The notes below the pieces were generated by a model. The model was not told the origin of the DNA. It worked only from the letters and a program-made list of their open reading frames with translations, and ran no database searches. A DNA stretch of 62,654 nt, filler included, from Choristocarpus tenellus KU-1152 (lineage: Eukaryota; Protista; Phaeophyceae): assembly GCA_964200185.2 (NCBI GenBank). It is 12 parts of 12 records of this genome, joined end to end, with 100 filler letters (N's around TTAATTAATTAA, not from the genome) between each part and the next. Parts side by side here need not be neighbours in the genome. Positions count along the whole stretch, not along the records: positions 24,428 to 28,652 come from CAXNAD020015602.1; positions 28,753 to 32,230 come from CAXNAD020019763.1; positions 32,331 to 36,307 come from CAXNAD020016830.1; positions 36,408 to 41,000 come from CAXNAD020013870.1; positions 41,101 to 45,705 come from CAXNAD020013819.1; 7 more parts are not named here. One strand, written 5' to 3'. Shown in pieces: positions 28,191-41,299 of this stretch (its first letter is position 1; every line of letters begins with the position of its first letter). Position numbers and translations under genes: made by a program.

Positions 28191-28578
28191 AAGGAACATT
28201 TTTTTTTTCGGTATGAATGTACCCTAACCCTAACCCTAAACCAAGTTGCTGATAGTTGTAACTGCTATTGGAACAGAACCAATCCCTAACTCTAACTGAC
28301 ACTCACTATCAAAAATAAAAAATAAACACTACAAATATAAACAAAAAAGGTCACGACAATGAACGTCCACCTCAACAAGCATAAAATATGCACTACTACT
28401 ACGTAGTGCAGTATCCCCTTCCAACCTCTCCTGCAAACCCAAAGTTTTACCTGTACCACAGCTGTTGCCTTACACCACAGTAACCTCTGTGTATAACCCT
28501 AACCCTAACCAAGCACACAACAAATTGTCACTGTTATAATAAAAAAAGGTATATTCCTACCCCTTCCACTAATATTAT

Positions 28579-28960
28579 GTCTTGAAGTATCTCGGGGGGG
28601 GGGGGGGAGTCATTTGTTTTTTTTTTTGGGCTTTTTTTTTTTTTTTTCGTTTNNNNNNNNNNNNNNNNNNNNNNNNNNNNNNNNNNNNNNNNNNNNTTAA
28701 TTAATTAANNNNNNNNNNNNNNNNNNNNNNNNNNNNNNNNNNNNNNNNNNNNGGGTTTAGGTCGGTCCTTCGTCGAACAGGACCGGAGGGGGGGGGGGGG
28801 GGGGGGGGGGTCTACACCGGGGTGTCTATTTGGACCGAAAATCAGGAAAAGTGAATTTACATTATCCATGCGACGTATGCAACCAAATCACCCAAAAATC
28901 ACGACATGAAAAAATTGACCCCAAATAGACAGCCACCATCACCCCTCAGATACCCTGGGC
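28579..28960 (+). mobile_element. MITE family A pieces flanking a linker (terminus ~28579-28610; near-complete copy 28789-28960)
   Basis: GGGGTCTACACCGGGGTGTCTATTTGGACC...AAATCACCCAAAAATCACGACATG...CCCCTCAGATACCCTGGGC. Confidence 0.85.
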
Positions 28961-31427
28961 TTTCATGATATGACTGAGAGACCTGTCAGAGAATGTCAAA
29001 GTAACAGAAATTCATTTTTGAATTTGAGAAATCTACCAAAAAAAACAACATATTTTACCAATCAGGGAAGGTGAGCACTTATCTCAACATTGAAGGATGA
29101 AAATATTCACCCTGACTAGCACAATGCAATTTTTTAGCTACAGTATTGCATATTTTACAAGACCACTGCTCTGAAGTTACATTGTCGGAGAGGGTAATCT
29201 TCTTTTACCATTCTTCGCATTCTCACATGCACGCAAAATTCTATTATTCAGTACAATATACACTACAGTGTGATGCATGAAAAATAGTCCAAGAGTACAA
29301 CATCTGAAAAACAGAACTCTGCAGATGTTCAAGATTGACTCAAACTAGTGCAACTTTGTAACCCATTTTCGAAGGCAGGTAGAAGGTATAAAAAGGATAG
29401 GTAGTTTTGGCATGTTCTTCTTGTTGGACTACATCCAATTTGTCAAGTGGGTAGAATAAGAAGCAAAACTGTAGTGCAAAGAGAATCCTCATAGCTGAGC
29501 GGTTAATGGATAGTGTTCCTTCCATGATTTTCATAGGCTCAATCAAACCTCCATGATACCACTCTTTTTTTTTTCGTAATTATGTTTTCAATGATCCCAA
29601 GTCCAAGCCCAGGTGGCAAGTACAACAGATTGTACACCTGCTCCATCTCATCTGTAGCTTACTACAAAATAACAGGAACTCAACATGGTACAGCAAGGTT
29701 TCATCAAGAGCAACATCAAAGTATATCAACATCAAGATTCATAGCAACGAGCAGTGGGGTGACTTTGTGAACCCAACACGCAACAAGATGTGGATGAAGG
29801 CAGTGCAATTAGTCACAAGGTACCAATCACAAGGTACCAAGAGAAGATGTGTCACATGCACATAGTGCCTCTGACCACAGGTCAGGATCATCCTTAAGGT
29901 TAAGTGATGGAATAAGAACAAAATAATAAAGCCGGTGCATAGCACAGACCATACCATGCAATTATTTCTCACATGGACACCCAACCCAACCCAATACATG
30001 TCCACGTGAGAAGAAAAAATGTATTAAAAAAAAAATGTATGCTCCAACGTATCTCCATAGACCATCTGTCACAAAGAATGAAATAGCTATTTTCTGAATT
30101 TTCAACCATATTAACATCAACTGCTACTATTTATTCATAAAAGTAATATTATCAACTATTAATACAAAGCCTCACTATTTGGAGTCATAACATCCTAGAT
30201 GGGGGTGCCAATGAGGGGCGCTGGCTCTTCAGTCGGGTCCATTCAGATACTATGTACTAAGAGACTTCCCTGTTATCAACTGCAAGAACTTGTGTGTAAG
30301 ACAACAGTCGTATCTTCTGTAAATAATAAAAGGGCTGTTTCAAGGCATTTACAACTTCAATCAATAGCCAGCTCATTGCCCTAATTGATTATTAAGAGGA
30401 TGCTCATACCATTGTCTGTGCTTTCGAATCCAGCAAAACTGCTCCATCTAATACTGACACCAAATCAAAGTATTGTCGATACTTCATGTCATAAGATGTA
30501 CTCCACACAATGAACCACGAGTCTCATGGTGGTCACCTCTTCCAACTACCTTTACAATAGAACAAAGTGAACAGCAAGGCTAACTAATCAAACCTATTGT
30601 ACCAGTGCACTCTTATACAGCCAATATGGAGTAAAGAGTAGTAGTATTATTAGAGAATGGTTGGGTGCTCAGAGTATAGTAAGAACAAGGTTTAGAAATG
30701 AATATTGAGGGCAATCATTTCCTCCACAGAAAACTATCAAAAGTCCTCAGCAGAGATGATTGTGGACCATCACCAAATGAGGATGCAAATTTAGCATTAG
30801 TGAGAACATTTACACCTTGTTCACATTACCACACACGTAGATCCCTAACGACAAACTACACACAGTCAATGACACACTAGCCTCTCCCACAAGGCACCAA
30901 GCTTGGTTCAATAATGTCACTAAGTGACAACACGCTTTCATCATGGGAAGAAGACAAAGACAAGACAAGATAGGCACACTACCCTAAAGGGGGACAGCAG
31001 TGATAAGAAGTATACAGTACTCAACAGCAAAGGAAGGTCACAAATGAAGGCATTGCAGACCTTTGACTGTACCTTCCAGTTATCCCTTTCCATCAAGTGT
31101 CACCTCAAAGACAACACGAAACGGTAAATCTTAATACATCACCTGCAATCACAACATGAGTATGCCCTAATCATCGCAAAGTTTCTCTACTTGTGTAGAG
31201 CCTTTTCAACTACAGAAAATGACAAATGCTATAGAGTGCTTGAAGGATGGGAAGAATTGTGGACATAAGCTGTAGAGGTTAGATTTTAAAAAAAAAACAC
31301 GGAAGAGAAGAAAAAACACCATACCAAAAACCAAACACCAAATACTGCCCATTTCTTGGAACAAAGAGAACTTTGCCAAAATTATGCAAAAAATCCTAAA
31401 CAAACTCAACAAACAAATTGAACCATG

Positions 31428-32144
31428 TCATCCCCCCCCAGGAATAAGCTTCAGAGTGTTTGAATGCAAAGCTTCAAAGTGCTCCCCATTCACCCGCAGC
31501 ATCAAGCTTGTAGGCCCACTGCCCTCTACATTTCCCACAAACCTGATTGAGTTATTTTCAGCACATTTGATCAGTGCCATCCCCTCATAAGCAGCTACAT
31601 TAAGCAACACCTGGTTCATCCATTTAAAGAACACATGCAAACAATGGCCATTCACAGGTAAGGTCAAACATTTACTAACCTGCTTGAGGGAACATTCTGA
31701 ACAGTATCCTAATTAGGGTCCTCTTTTCAGGTGGGCCACTACCATGACTAATAAATGAGTAATACATGACTAATACAGGAAAACTTCAACTGAGAAAATA
31801 TTGCATGGTCACAACCTGCAGCTGAATAAATCGCTACCAAAATACAACCACTTAATTCAAATGGTGATCATGCACACAAACATACAATACCATTCTACAC
31901 TTTGCCACATGCAAGGGTTTCATTTAACCAACCACCATGGACTGAGTGACTAATCAAGCACTCTGCAAGTGAATTACGCATTCCTGTCCAGACTGACCTT
32001 GCCAATGTCATTCCTAAGCACTATTCGTCGCTTATCCGTTAGAGTGTTCCTCATCAACCGCAGTACACCCACCCCCAAGTCAATCCATGATGTCGTATTC
32101 TCCGTGTTCAAGCGATACATCTTTGACCGAACTTGATATTTCAC
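31428..32144 (-). CDS. Ran-binding-domain protein C-terminus (Nup50/RanBP-like); last two exons 32144-31998 and 31610-31428
   Basis: VRSKMYRL...SWIDLGVGVLRLMRNTLTDKRRIVLRNDIGK|VLLNV...MLRV...stop fits the RanBD pattern RxKLY...W...G.G.L+L...RIV.R...KV.LN. The intron is phase 0. A C-terminal RanBD position fits Nup50. Confidence 0.8.
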
Positions 32145-32330
32145 CTGTCACCGAACACAACCAACACAAAACAACAAGGGGACGGAGAGTCTGTCAATGA
32201 AGGGGGGAAGACCAGAACTTACTACTTTCANNNNNNNNNNNNNNNNNNNNNNNNNNNNNNNNNNNNNNNNNNNNTTAATTAATTAANNNNNNNNNNNNNN
32301 NNNNNNNNNNNNNNNNNNNNNNNNNNNNNN

Positions 32331-35300
32331 TGCCGGCCTCCTCCCTGACCCCGACCCACACCCTATCCCTTGGTCCCACCCTGGACCCTGTCCAAGTCTC
32401 ACCTCCTTCCCCAGATGTCAGCGGTGTTGCTGGGTTGCCTGTCTCTGATCTGATGGCGGTGGAGGAAAATCTCATGCAGGACTCTGTTGTGGCTGTCCCA
32501 CCTTCCGCTCTTGCGAGCTCTGCTCTCCCCGCTGACATGGTAGGGCGAGGGAGACTTGGGGGGGCACGTGACGAGGAGACCGCCTCAGGGGGCACTCCAT
32601 CCACCTTCTCCATTGAAGCCACCCTCGAGATGATTCGCAGACCTCACACGTGGCCTGCTCGGTTTGGGAAGGGGGGTGCAAAGGGTCACCGGTGGGGTCG
32701 AGAAGAAGCTCACCCAGTGTCTGAGACAGCGGACACTGTGAAAACGGGCGGTCGAGGTTTGGCAGGGGCTGCTATAGAAAAGGCAGAGGTGCAGGGAAGG
32801 GTTAAGGATATTGGGCTCTCAGGAGGGTGGCGGTCGAGGTCTGTTCCCCCCCCCAAGCAAGCGGTCTTGCTCCTGGACCGAAGCAAGGACTTCTTTAACC
32901 GCCTAGAGGAGTCTGTGTCAGACTTCTTTTTCGAAAGTCCCAAACATTTCAGGCAGAGCCGAAGCCCCGGGAATCGGACAGGGATCAGGACTGGGACGGG
33001 AAATTCCGCGGCGGTGGCCTTCAAGAATGCCGCCCCAGCCAGTGCCAACAGCCCCGGAGGAGCTGCAGTTGCTGGTTGTGAAAGGGTGACGGAGGTTGTA
33101 GGACCCCAAGGCCCGTCTCTCCGTTCCCCACCCCCCCTTTCCACTTTACCGTTATCACCAGGGGCAGCATCGAGTCATGAGACCCATGTGTTGTCGTCGA
33201 TGGTCAGTGCCCCGTCCCAGGTGTCCCCGGCGGGAGGGGGACGAGGGAGAGGAGAAAGACAGGGTTGGGAGTTGAGCTCCTGGGGCAACAATCTCCAACT
33301 GAGCCCGATGCGTGTTGCCGATTCGCTGTCGCCTACATCTTCTCCCCCTCCCTCTTCAACTTTGCCTGGGTCCTCGTCGCCCCTTCCACCCCGCAGGACA
33401 GCGAGCTGCGCAACGGTGGGGACGGGAGGGGCCTCACCTGCGGCGACAGTGGAGGGGGACAAGAGGCTTGCAATGAAGGGAATAATAACGAGGAGGAGGA
33501 AGGGGGACTCGTCGCTAGGGTCAGGATTGGAGGGAGCTGAAGACGGATTGAGGCCTTGGAGAACCGCCCACGCTGCCACAAGTCCGGCCAAGGCGACATT
33601 GTCTTCTACTCCTGCGTCTGATAATCCAGCGCAGTTGAGTCCGATCCCGTTCCAGGTCGAAACCGCTGTTCCTCCTCCTGCTGCTGGTGCTGCTGGTGCT
33701 TGTGAGGATGCTCCGACAGATGCTGCCTTAACATGCACTACTAGCCCTACCAGTGACATCATGCCCTACGCTGATGCCACTCCTCCTCCTCCTCTTCCTC
33801 CCCCTCCCCCTCCCCCTCCCCCTACTTCCGCTACTCCAACAACCACCACTCCAACGGTCAGCTGCAGCGCCGCTGTCGCCACTCCACCTTCTCATAAGCT
33901 TGCCTCCTCCTTTTCAGGGAATTCAAGCAACCCCCCTCTAAGAAGTAGTGCAGTCTCTGCCAATGGTACCAATATTGCTCCCACTGTTGCCACTGTACTG
34001 GAAGCAGCGACTGTATTACCCAGTTGTGCTCAGCCAGCCAACCGCCTCTCATCTGAGGCTCCTGAGGTTCTTGTGACAGTCTTGGACTTCGCCGGCGGCC
34101 TGCGAGCCCTGGGTGCTTGCCGAGAGGTCAACCGCGCGTGGAAGGAGGCTCTGGGTCCACCCGGAGCATCTCATGTATTTAGGAAACTTGTTCGCTCATG
34201 GGGTATTCCTGCCAGCCTCCGATCATCCGTCTGGCAGATGCTCGTGCTTGGTGCTTCAGGCAACGGGAGTATGGTGGAAGTAGAGGGAGAGGGGTTCAAT
34301 GTTTCGCCCATCAAGCTTTCCCCCTTCAAAAGTGAGAAAAAGGAACTCTGTGGGGGATTGGGGGTGTGGGGTGGGGGAGGTTGTGACTGCAGAGACCTTT
34401 TCTTGTCTTTGGTTTGAAGCGTGGTGTTCGTGATATAGGGTGTTGGGCACTTGGAAGTCTGTTTGTCCCAACCTAGGTATTATGTAGTGGCTCAGCCTGC
34501 TCTGTAGTATCTTGTGGCTGATGTTCTTGTTAGTGAAGTGTCACTTTTTCATAACCAAGGACAGGTTTGGGATTTGGGGGCTCACGTGCCTCCCGTGTTC
34601 CTGCGCATTGTGCTTGTAGGGGGGTGACTGAGTGCTCTGTATGAAGTTTTATTTCCCCGGGGCAAACTCACCTCGATCTATCTCACCTATCCTCCCCTCC
34701 CCTCTCTCACTCCCTGCCCATTGTCCGTCAACAACGTCTTCTCACTCCAATAATAAAACACAAACGAAGAGCGGGGCAGGCAAGAAGTTTTGAGCACAGC
34801 AGGCGTTGGTTGCGCAAGAGGAGTAATTTGCATATCGGCCAAGAACTTTACGTCTCTGATAGAAACTGGACAGCGAGGACAACACTCAGCCGTGATTGGT
34901 CGTGACATACCCAGGGCCTTTGGGGCAGTGGCGCCGCACAAGCGCGAGCAGCTACAGCAGGGTGGAGATATCGTTGCTGTTGCCACTGGGCCAATGCCAG
35001 AGCCAGCTCTGGGGCCAGGCATTGTTGGGTCAGGATTTGGGTTAGAGTTTGAGCTGGGGCTTGGGCAAAGGGGAAAAGAGGAACGCCAAAGGCATGAGCA
35101 TGAGGGGGGTGATGCAACCCTTAATTTTTTAGGCGGCCTTATTGGGGATGGAGGCGGAGACGGTGAGAGAGGCAATCCATATCGTGGACACAGACGTGAG
35201 GGTAGTACAGGAGGAGGAGGAAGAGGAGGAGGAGGGAGGAGGTCCTTAGGGAGTGGTGATGGTATTGGGAGGCGAAGTGGAAGCCTGTTGTGGCCATTTG

Positions 35301-36190
35301 GGGGGCTTGTAGCTGGTGGTAGTGAATCTGATGTAGAAGACATTGAGTTGGAAAGGAAGAAAAAAGGAACCACAGCATCAGTATTTTTATCAGAGGGGGG
35401 CACTGTATCTATAAATGAAGGAGGATGTCGAGAAGGTAAAGAGTGGGAAGAAAGAGAGGATGGGAAGTTTGACAAGCGTTTTGCTAATAAAGGGGAGTGG
35501 TGGCCGTGGGAGGGTGGCGGCTCTGGGGCCAGGTACAGTGAAGAGATCAGAGTCAGGAAGAAGGAGGAGGAGGAGCAGAAGAAAAAATGCCTGCAGGAAG
35601 GAGGACATCGGCAGAAGCACTTGCGCCGGCATTCACACCGGCATTCTCAAGGGTGGAGAGGCATCCCTTGGTTGCCAGGGTCGAGATCGCCACCTAATTC
35701 ACCTGTTGCCCCTCCTACCTCTTCACCACCAGCTGCCTATGACAGTCCCTTGATTGCACCCCCGACAGTGGCCTTGGGGGAGGGGGAAGGGGAGGAAGTA
35801 ACGCCTCCAAAGTCGCCACGGATGTTGCAAGGGACTTCAGAACCGCTTGTGACGGTTAGGGTTAGGGAGGGAGATGAGGTATTGGTTGAGGGGAGGGGGG
35901 GTCTAGACACTCCGGCGTCTGACGGCATTCGTGGAAAAGGTCTTGAGATCTCGAGCGAGGAGGCTTTGGGGGCAGGGGCAGTGGTGGGGGCAGTGGGGGA
36001 GGGGGGTTTTGAGGCGAAAGCAAGGGTGGGTGGGGGCAAGGAGGAGGTGGAGGGGGAATTAGAGGCAGAAGAGGGTGAGTCTGAGTTGAACGCTATGTGG
36101 GAGGTTGTTGGAATGGATGCGAAGAGGAAATGTCTGAGTAATGTGCTACATGCCATGGCGGCCCGCTTTCCTGACGTTGGATACTGCCAG
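32331..36190 (+). CDS. TBC-domain Rab GTPase-activating protein with upstream F-box-like motif, partial; large exons ~32331-34258 and ~34770-36190
   Basis: The sequence reads VRSWGIPASLRSSVWQML (TBC start), then IGRDIPR (IxxDxxR arginine finger), then LSNVLHAMAARFPDVGYCQ|GT (YxQ motif followed by a donor). The N-terminus is long and S/P-rich. The exact internal intron ends are uncertain. Confidence 0.85.
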
Positions 36191-36213
36191 GTAGGTTTGG
36201 GGCATGCGTGGCT

Positions 36214-36246
<33 letters not shown>

Positions 36247-36442
36247 AAAAGGTTGGGGGGGGGGTTCCCCGCGGGAGGGGGGGGGGGAAAAAAGGGGGGG
36301 GGGAGGGNNNNNNNNNNNNNNNNNNNNNNNNNNNNNNNNNNNNNNNNNNNNTTAATTAATTAANNNNNNNNNNNNNNNNNNNNNNNNNNNNNNNNNNNNN
36401 NNNNNNNGGGGGTGGGGGGGGGGGGGGGGGGGGAGAGGGGAA

Positions 36443-36477
<35 letters not shown>

Positions 36478-39400
36478 TCTTCTCACCTGGAACAGAATGT
36501 TCAATCCTCTCTTGCTAGTCAGGGAGATTGAATAACACAGTTGAGTTGTTGACTTGCAGGCAGTTGATTGAAACACTCATTGATGGGGAACTTGTATGAG
36601 GTGCTGAGAGGCAGCCTTCTTTGATCATATCAACTGCTGAAGCTATACTAGTCCGGGTTAGACTCTATCGCCAATGGTAGAGATTACGACTTTGCATCTA
36701 GTGAAGGAAAAAAAGGTGGGAAGCTCTGGTTCACACCATTTTGTTGCTTGGTATCTTTGTTGTTGGGGAAGACATTCCAAAAGATTGACACCTATGTAAT
36801 GTGTTTTGTTTCTAGTGTGTTGTGCAAGGCCTAATTGTTAGTAATCTTGGGGCTGTGCAGGAAGGCGCATGACTCTTTGTTATTATAGTATGTCAAAAGG
36901 GTTTAGGCGATAAGGGAGTGGGTAACATGATCTATTATTTGTATGGAGTTTTTTTGTGAAGGTGCTTGTCAATGGGGAGGGAGGGGGAGGGGGAGTACTA
37001 CATTATGTTCATTTACGTTCAGTAAAATCAAAAACGTCTTAAGTAAGGGAATCGATCGGTTTCCCTAAGTACATTTTGGATATCCATAGGTAGTTAGACG
37101 TACCAAATCTATCTACAGAAAAGAAGTGTATAGAGGTGATCAGTTTGAATTATATTCTGTTTGCATTGGGGTTTACAAAAATTGGGCCTTTATCTGCGTG
37201 AATTGCATTTTTGACATGGGAATATTTTCCCATCTATCTATGCCCACCCCCTAGGACTCTACTTGTGAGTCACAGGTGCATAGTATCACTGGTGCATGCA
37301 GCTTTCCTCTGTTGTGGACTGGGACTACTCGCCAAAATCACCATCTTGGGGACAGCTGACACTAGTTTGTCTGTATGTGTGAGATTCATCACCTGCGTTT
37401 GGATACCAATACACCACTAGCTGTGGCTAAGGAGTGACTGTTGAGCTGGCTGCAATTCCAGGGTAGCATCAGTCAATTCAGTATTGCGTTCTGGTATGGA
37501 GAGGGAAGGGGTGCTCACATTGTTTTTTTTCATGGGACTATACTGTACACTACATGAAAGGTACTCAGTACGTGTACATGTTATTGCCGTATTTTGTTGG
37601 CATCAATACACTCTGAGTGAAGCTAGCTATAGTATTCTGTCCGCTGAGAAGATGAGATTGCAGAGAGGGCATGGGTGGATGGTGCGCTTTATGTAACAAG
37701 CGCCCTTCCTTGCTTTGCAAAGAGCAAAACCACATGGGGGACTGCAAGTCGTCACAAAGAACATGCGGATATTCCCTTGCATCATCAACCTTGTGTAGCT
37801 GTATGAAAGTTTGGAGCGATAAGGACCAGTTGAAAAGGAGGGTTTTGTAGTAGGAAGTGACTGCTGATTCGTCTTCCTTGCTCTTCCTCTACTTGTCTTT
37901 CCTCCTGCAAAGGGTGATAGGGGTGACATGGGACATGGCACATTTGGTTGTTACTTTTTTCGTACTAGGTAGGAAGAGTTCGACAGTGTGTGGTTTGTGC
38001 TTGCCAAGTGGTTGCACTGGATTCTCTCTTATCAATAGAGATGGACACAGTAGTAGCAGTGGTAGTGCAGCTCAGTAGTGTAGTATTACTTCATTTTGTT
38101 CAAAAGTAGAGTTCTATCTATCAAGAACCAGACATCACAACAATGAAAATAATAAAAGAAAGTGGTTTTCCACTCAGACCAACTGAGAACCAAATATTTA
38201 AATACTTTTGAGGGACATCAACCTCTGTCTGTGAATAGCTGCAAGTTTACAATAATGCTACCAACCAATACTACTAGTTGTACTAGGCAGCACCTGTAGT
38301 CTAGTAATAGCGCTAGAGCTCTATAATAGTCAAATAATAATAATAATAGTGGTTGAGGTTGATTTGTGCTCTATTGGACAAAGGTGTTTCCATGAAGCTA
38401 CAAGTATTATCATACACAACTCTCTCGTCTTCTGCAGGCACTGCAGACTAGGTAAGTTTAAGCTGTCACTGACTGTTGTGGTTATTCCCCTTTTTGTCTT
38501 TTAAATGCAAACTAAACCACCACGGTTGCAACCAAATTTACCTGTAGTTTTATGGTGAAATTGGCTTTTGAAATATGTATGTGCCATGTGCCATCCTCAT
38601 TATCGTCACTCCAAATCGTCAATTTCCTTCCTGTTCTTGTGCTAACCCTGGAACGTTCTTGAGACTTACACATGTAACGGCCATGCACATTACTTCGTTC
38701 TGTGTGGCCTACCCATCGCACACAGAATAATAACACACACTGTTCCTCAGATTTGCAGGCTACTTACTATTAATGGTAGCTACCCATTTCTACCCATTTC
38801 TAGTGTTACTTTTTTAGCATTTACTTTACTTTAGTCCATCACATCAGCCAACAAACCATGAAGAAAAAAAAATAATACAAAAAAGCACTATCCAGCCAGC
38901 ATAGAAATATTAAGGCAATTTGATGCGACAAATCCTGTTATTACTTTTATTTTCCTCTTGTCCCAAAAGCAAAAAGGCACATGGCCGGTTTGTGTATGAG
39001 CTACACCAGCCATAACTGTTCTGGTACCAATTTTGATTTGTTGATCACGTGAGATTTTCATCCTTGCACATTTTTAAGGCACAAAATAACAACTGACTTC
39101 CCCAAGGAGTGTTTGAGCTGCCAAAAACATCTCATCACCAACCCAGTGTCCTCCTCCACACCCAGGCAAGGAGGTGAAGGAAATGTCAAGATGCAGCTTG
39201 AGGGAGGTGAGCAGCGGTGGTAGTGAAGAGGACAAGGGACGTAGGATAAAACCATGAAGTCATATTTTCAAATTGAAAGGAGGGCAGTGATGGAGAGGAG
39301 GCATGCCATTGGCAGGCAACTCCAACACTGACCAAGTACCACAAATCCAAACCTATAGGCCGCAATATGTCCAAACTTACCAAAGGATCGAGGAGGGTGG

Positions 39401-39617
39401 TGTTTGAGAAGGGAGGAATGAGGTTGTTCACAAACTTCTCCAATAATGATTAGGACACAAGGACAAACAACCCAAGAGACTTTCTTGGGGTGACAAGTGA
39501 GTGTGTGTTTATGTTGATTGCCCTTGCCTTGTTTACTTGTAGGGTTTAGTTGTTATCAAGTCGTATGCATTACACCTTTACAAATACCTCAGTGGAACGG
39601 TGTCATCTCAACATCTC

Positions 39618-39660
39618 GACACATTTTGACACATTTTGACACATTTTGACACATTTTTTG
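39618..39660. repeat. 10-bp tandem repeat (GACACATTTT) x4
   Basis: Seen directly. Confidence 0.9.
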
Positions 39661-41100
39661 ACCAGCACAATGATCGGCATGTCCCTCAACGTCAAAAGAG
39701 GAAGAGAGAACACACCCTCCACCTACCCTATTGGAACCAATGTTGCAGAGAGAGGAATAGGGACCCACCCTTTCAAGCATATAAAATCTTCTATCCTTAT
39801 CTAGAGCACTTGAAAACCATCAGAAGGGGATAACTACTTGGCACTACAGTACTATCAAGGAGCAAGGACAACATTGGGGGGGAAAGGTGTACGTCTCATG
39901 CAGGGCAGCAAACAAATGCAACTCTCAACATGCACACCACGCCCCTAACCCTAACCCTAACCTTCTGCTCAAAGACAAAAAGAAAAAAGCGTCTCTGACA
40001 GACACAAAATTAGGTCATGTTTCTTGTCAAAAAAAATATACATGACACCGTAGGCACAACAGAGCCTATCACAAATAACACTTAAAAAAAATGAAGTCCA
40101 TGCTAGGATGTCAAACAAAATGTTCATGTTGAGGTGCAATTTCTAATAAATTAGGTATGTATATCACCACAACACACAGACTGGGCCAAGCAAACAAATA
40201 GTATCAAATGATTTATAGACAACAACTCAATGAATACACACTCCGTCAAAATAATAATAATCATAATCATAATAGTAACTGTAGGGGGTGAGGCAACCAG
40301 GAAAGTGCATAAATTCAACTTTGCTCATGCACAAGGCACTTGAGAGCACCATCTATCTAATCAATAAACAGACACAAATATTCCAGGCACAGCTCCCACC
40401 CTGTCCACATCATCGCAGCTCCACAAGGTCAGTCATGTCCTGTACCCACAGACAGGCATAACAAAAACATTGTAGGGTTCTACCAAGGTAAGGAGGATGT
40501 CATTAAAATCAGTTCACATAAAACATAACCAATGCATGGTACAAGTTGATCGTGCTAGGGTCATTTCATTTGCTGAAGCAACAGAAAACTAACCCCAAAC
40601 ATTAAAATGCAAGTTTAGGAATGAGTGACCACTGCTCCTGTCATTCAAACTGTCGGTATACCCTTAACCCTAACTGCAAAAAGAGGTATAGACAAAAAAA
40701 AACATGAAAAGAAATAAAATCAAAAATAAATTAAAATGATAAAATATTAAACTAAAAAAATCTAAATCTAAATCTAAATTAAATCTAAAATAAAATTGTC
40801 TTGAGCAGGAACTTGCACAACTACTACTGTCAAGAGGAGTTCCTGCAACTGACCTGCAGTATTTCAATGTAAGAAAATGCAGTTATTTATTAACTATACA
40901 GAAAAAAAAGGTAAGGAGCTCACAGAATAACATACATACATGAAACATGTACGGCCAAATAAATCTTGGGGCGGGGGGGGGGGGGGGGGGGGGGAAAATA
41001 NNNNNNNNNNNNNNNNNNNNNNNNNNNNNNNNNNNNNNNNNNNNTTAATTAATTAANNNNNNNNNNNNNNNNNNNNNNNNNNNNNNNNNNNNNNNNNNNN

Positions 41101-41199
41101 TTCGATCTGTAATGGAAGTTCACTTCTCCTGGTCAGAGCCCAAATGGACAATCTGGTGTAGACCCCCCCCCCCCCCCCCCCCCCAAGATACTTTGATCT
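41101..41199 (-). mobile_element. MITE family A, partial inverted copy at contig start
   Basis: CCCAAATGGACAATCTGGTGTAGACCCCC...AAGATACTTTGATC. Confidence 0.85.
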
Positions 41200-41299
41200 A
41201 TTCCTGTCAAATAAACAAGGCGAGATAGACATGGCTGCAGAACCAGAAGGGGACAGAGCCTACAAGATAGCTACAGTTTGAGAGGGACTTCACAAATTA

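Noticed and set aside
32275-36156. Several long minus-strand ORFs (e.g. 33175-33762, 34687-35475)
   Set aside because: They are antisense shadows of the GC-rich TBC gene exons.
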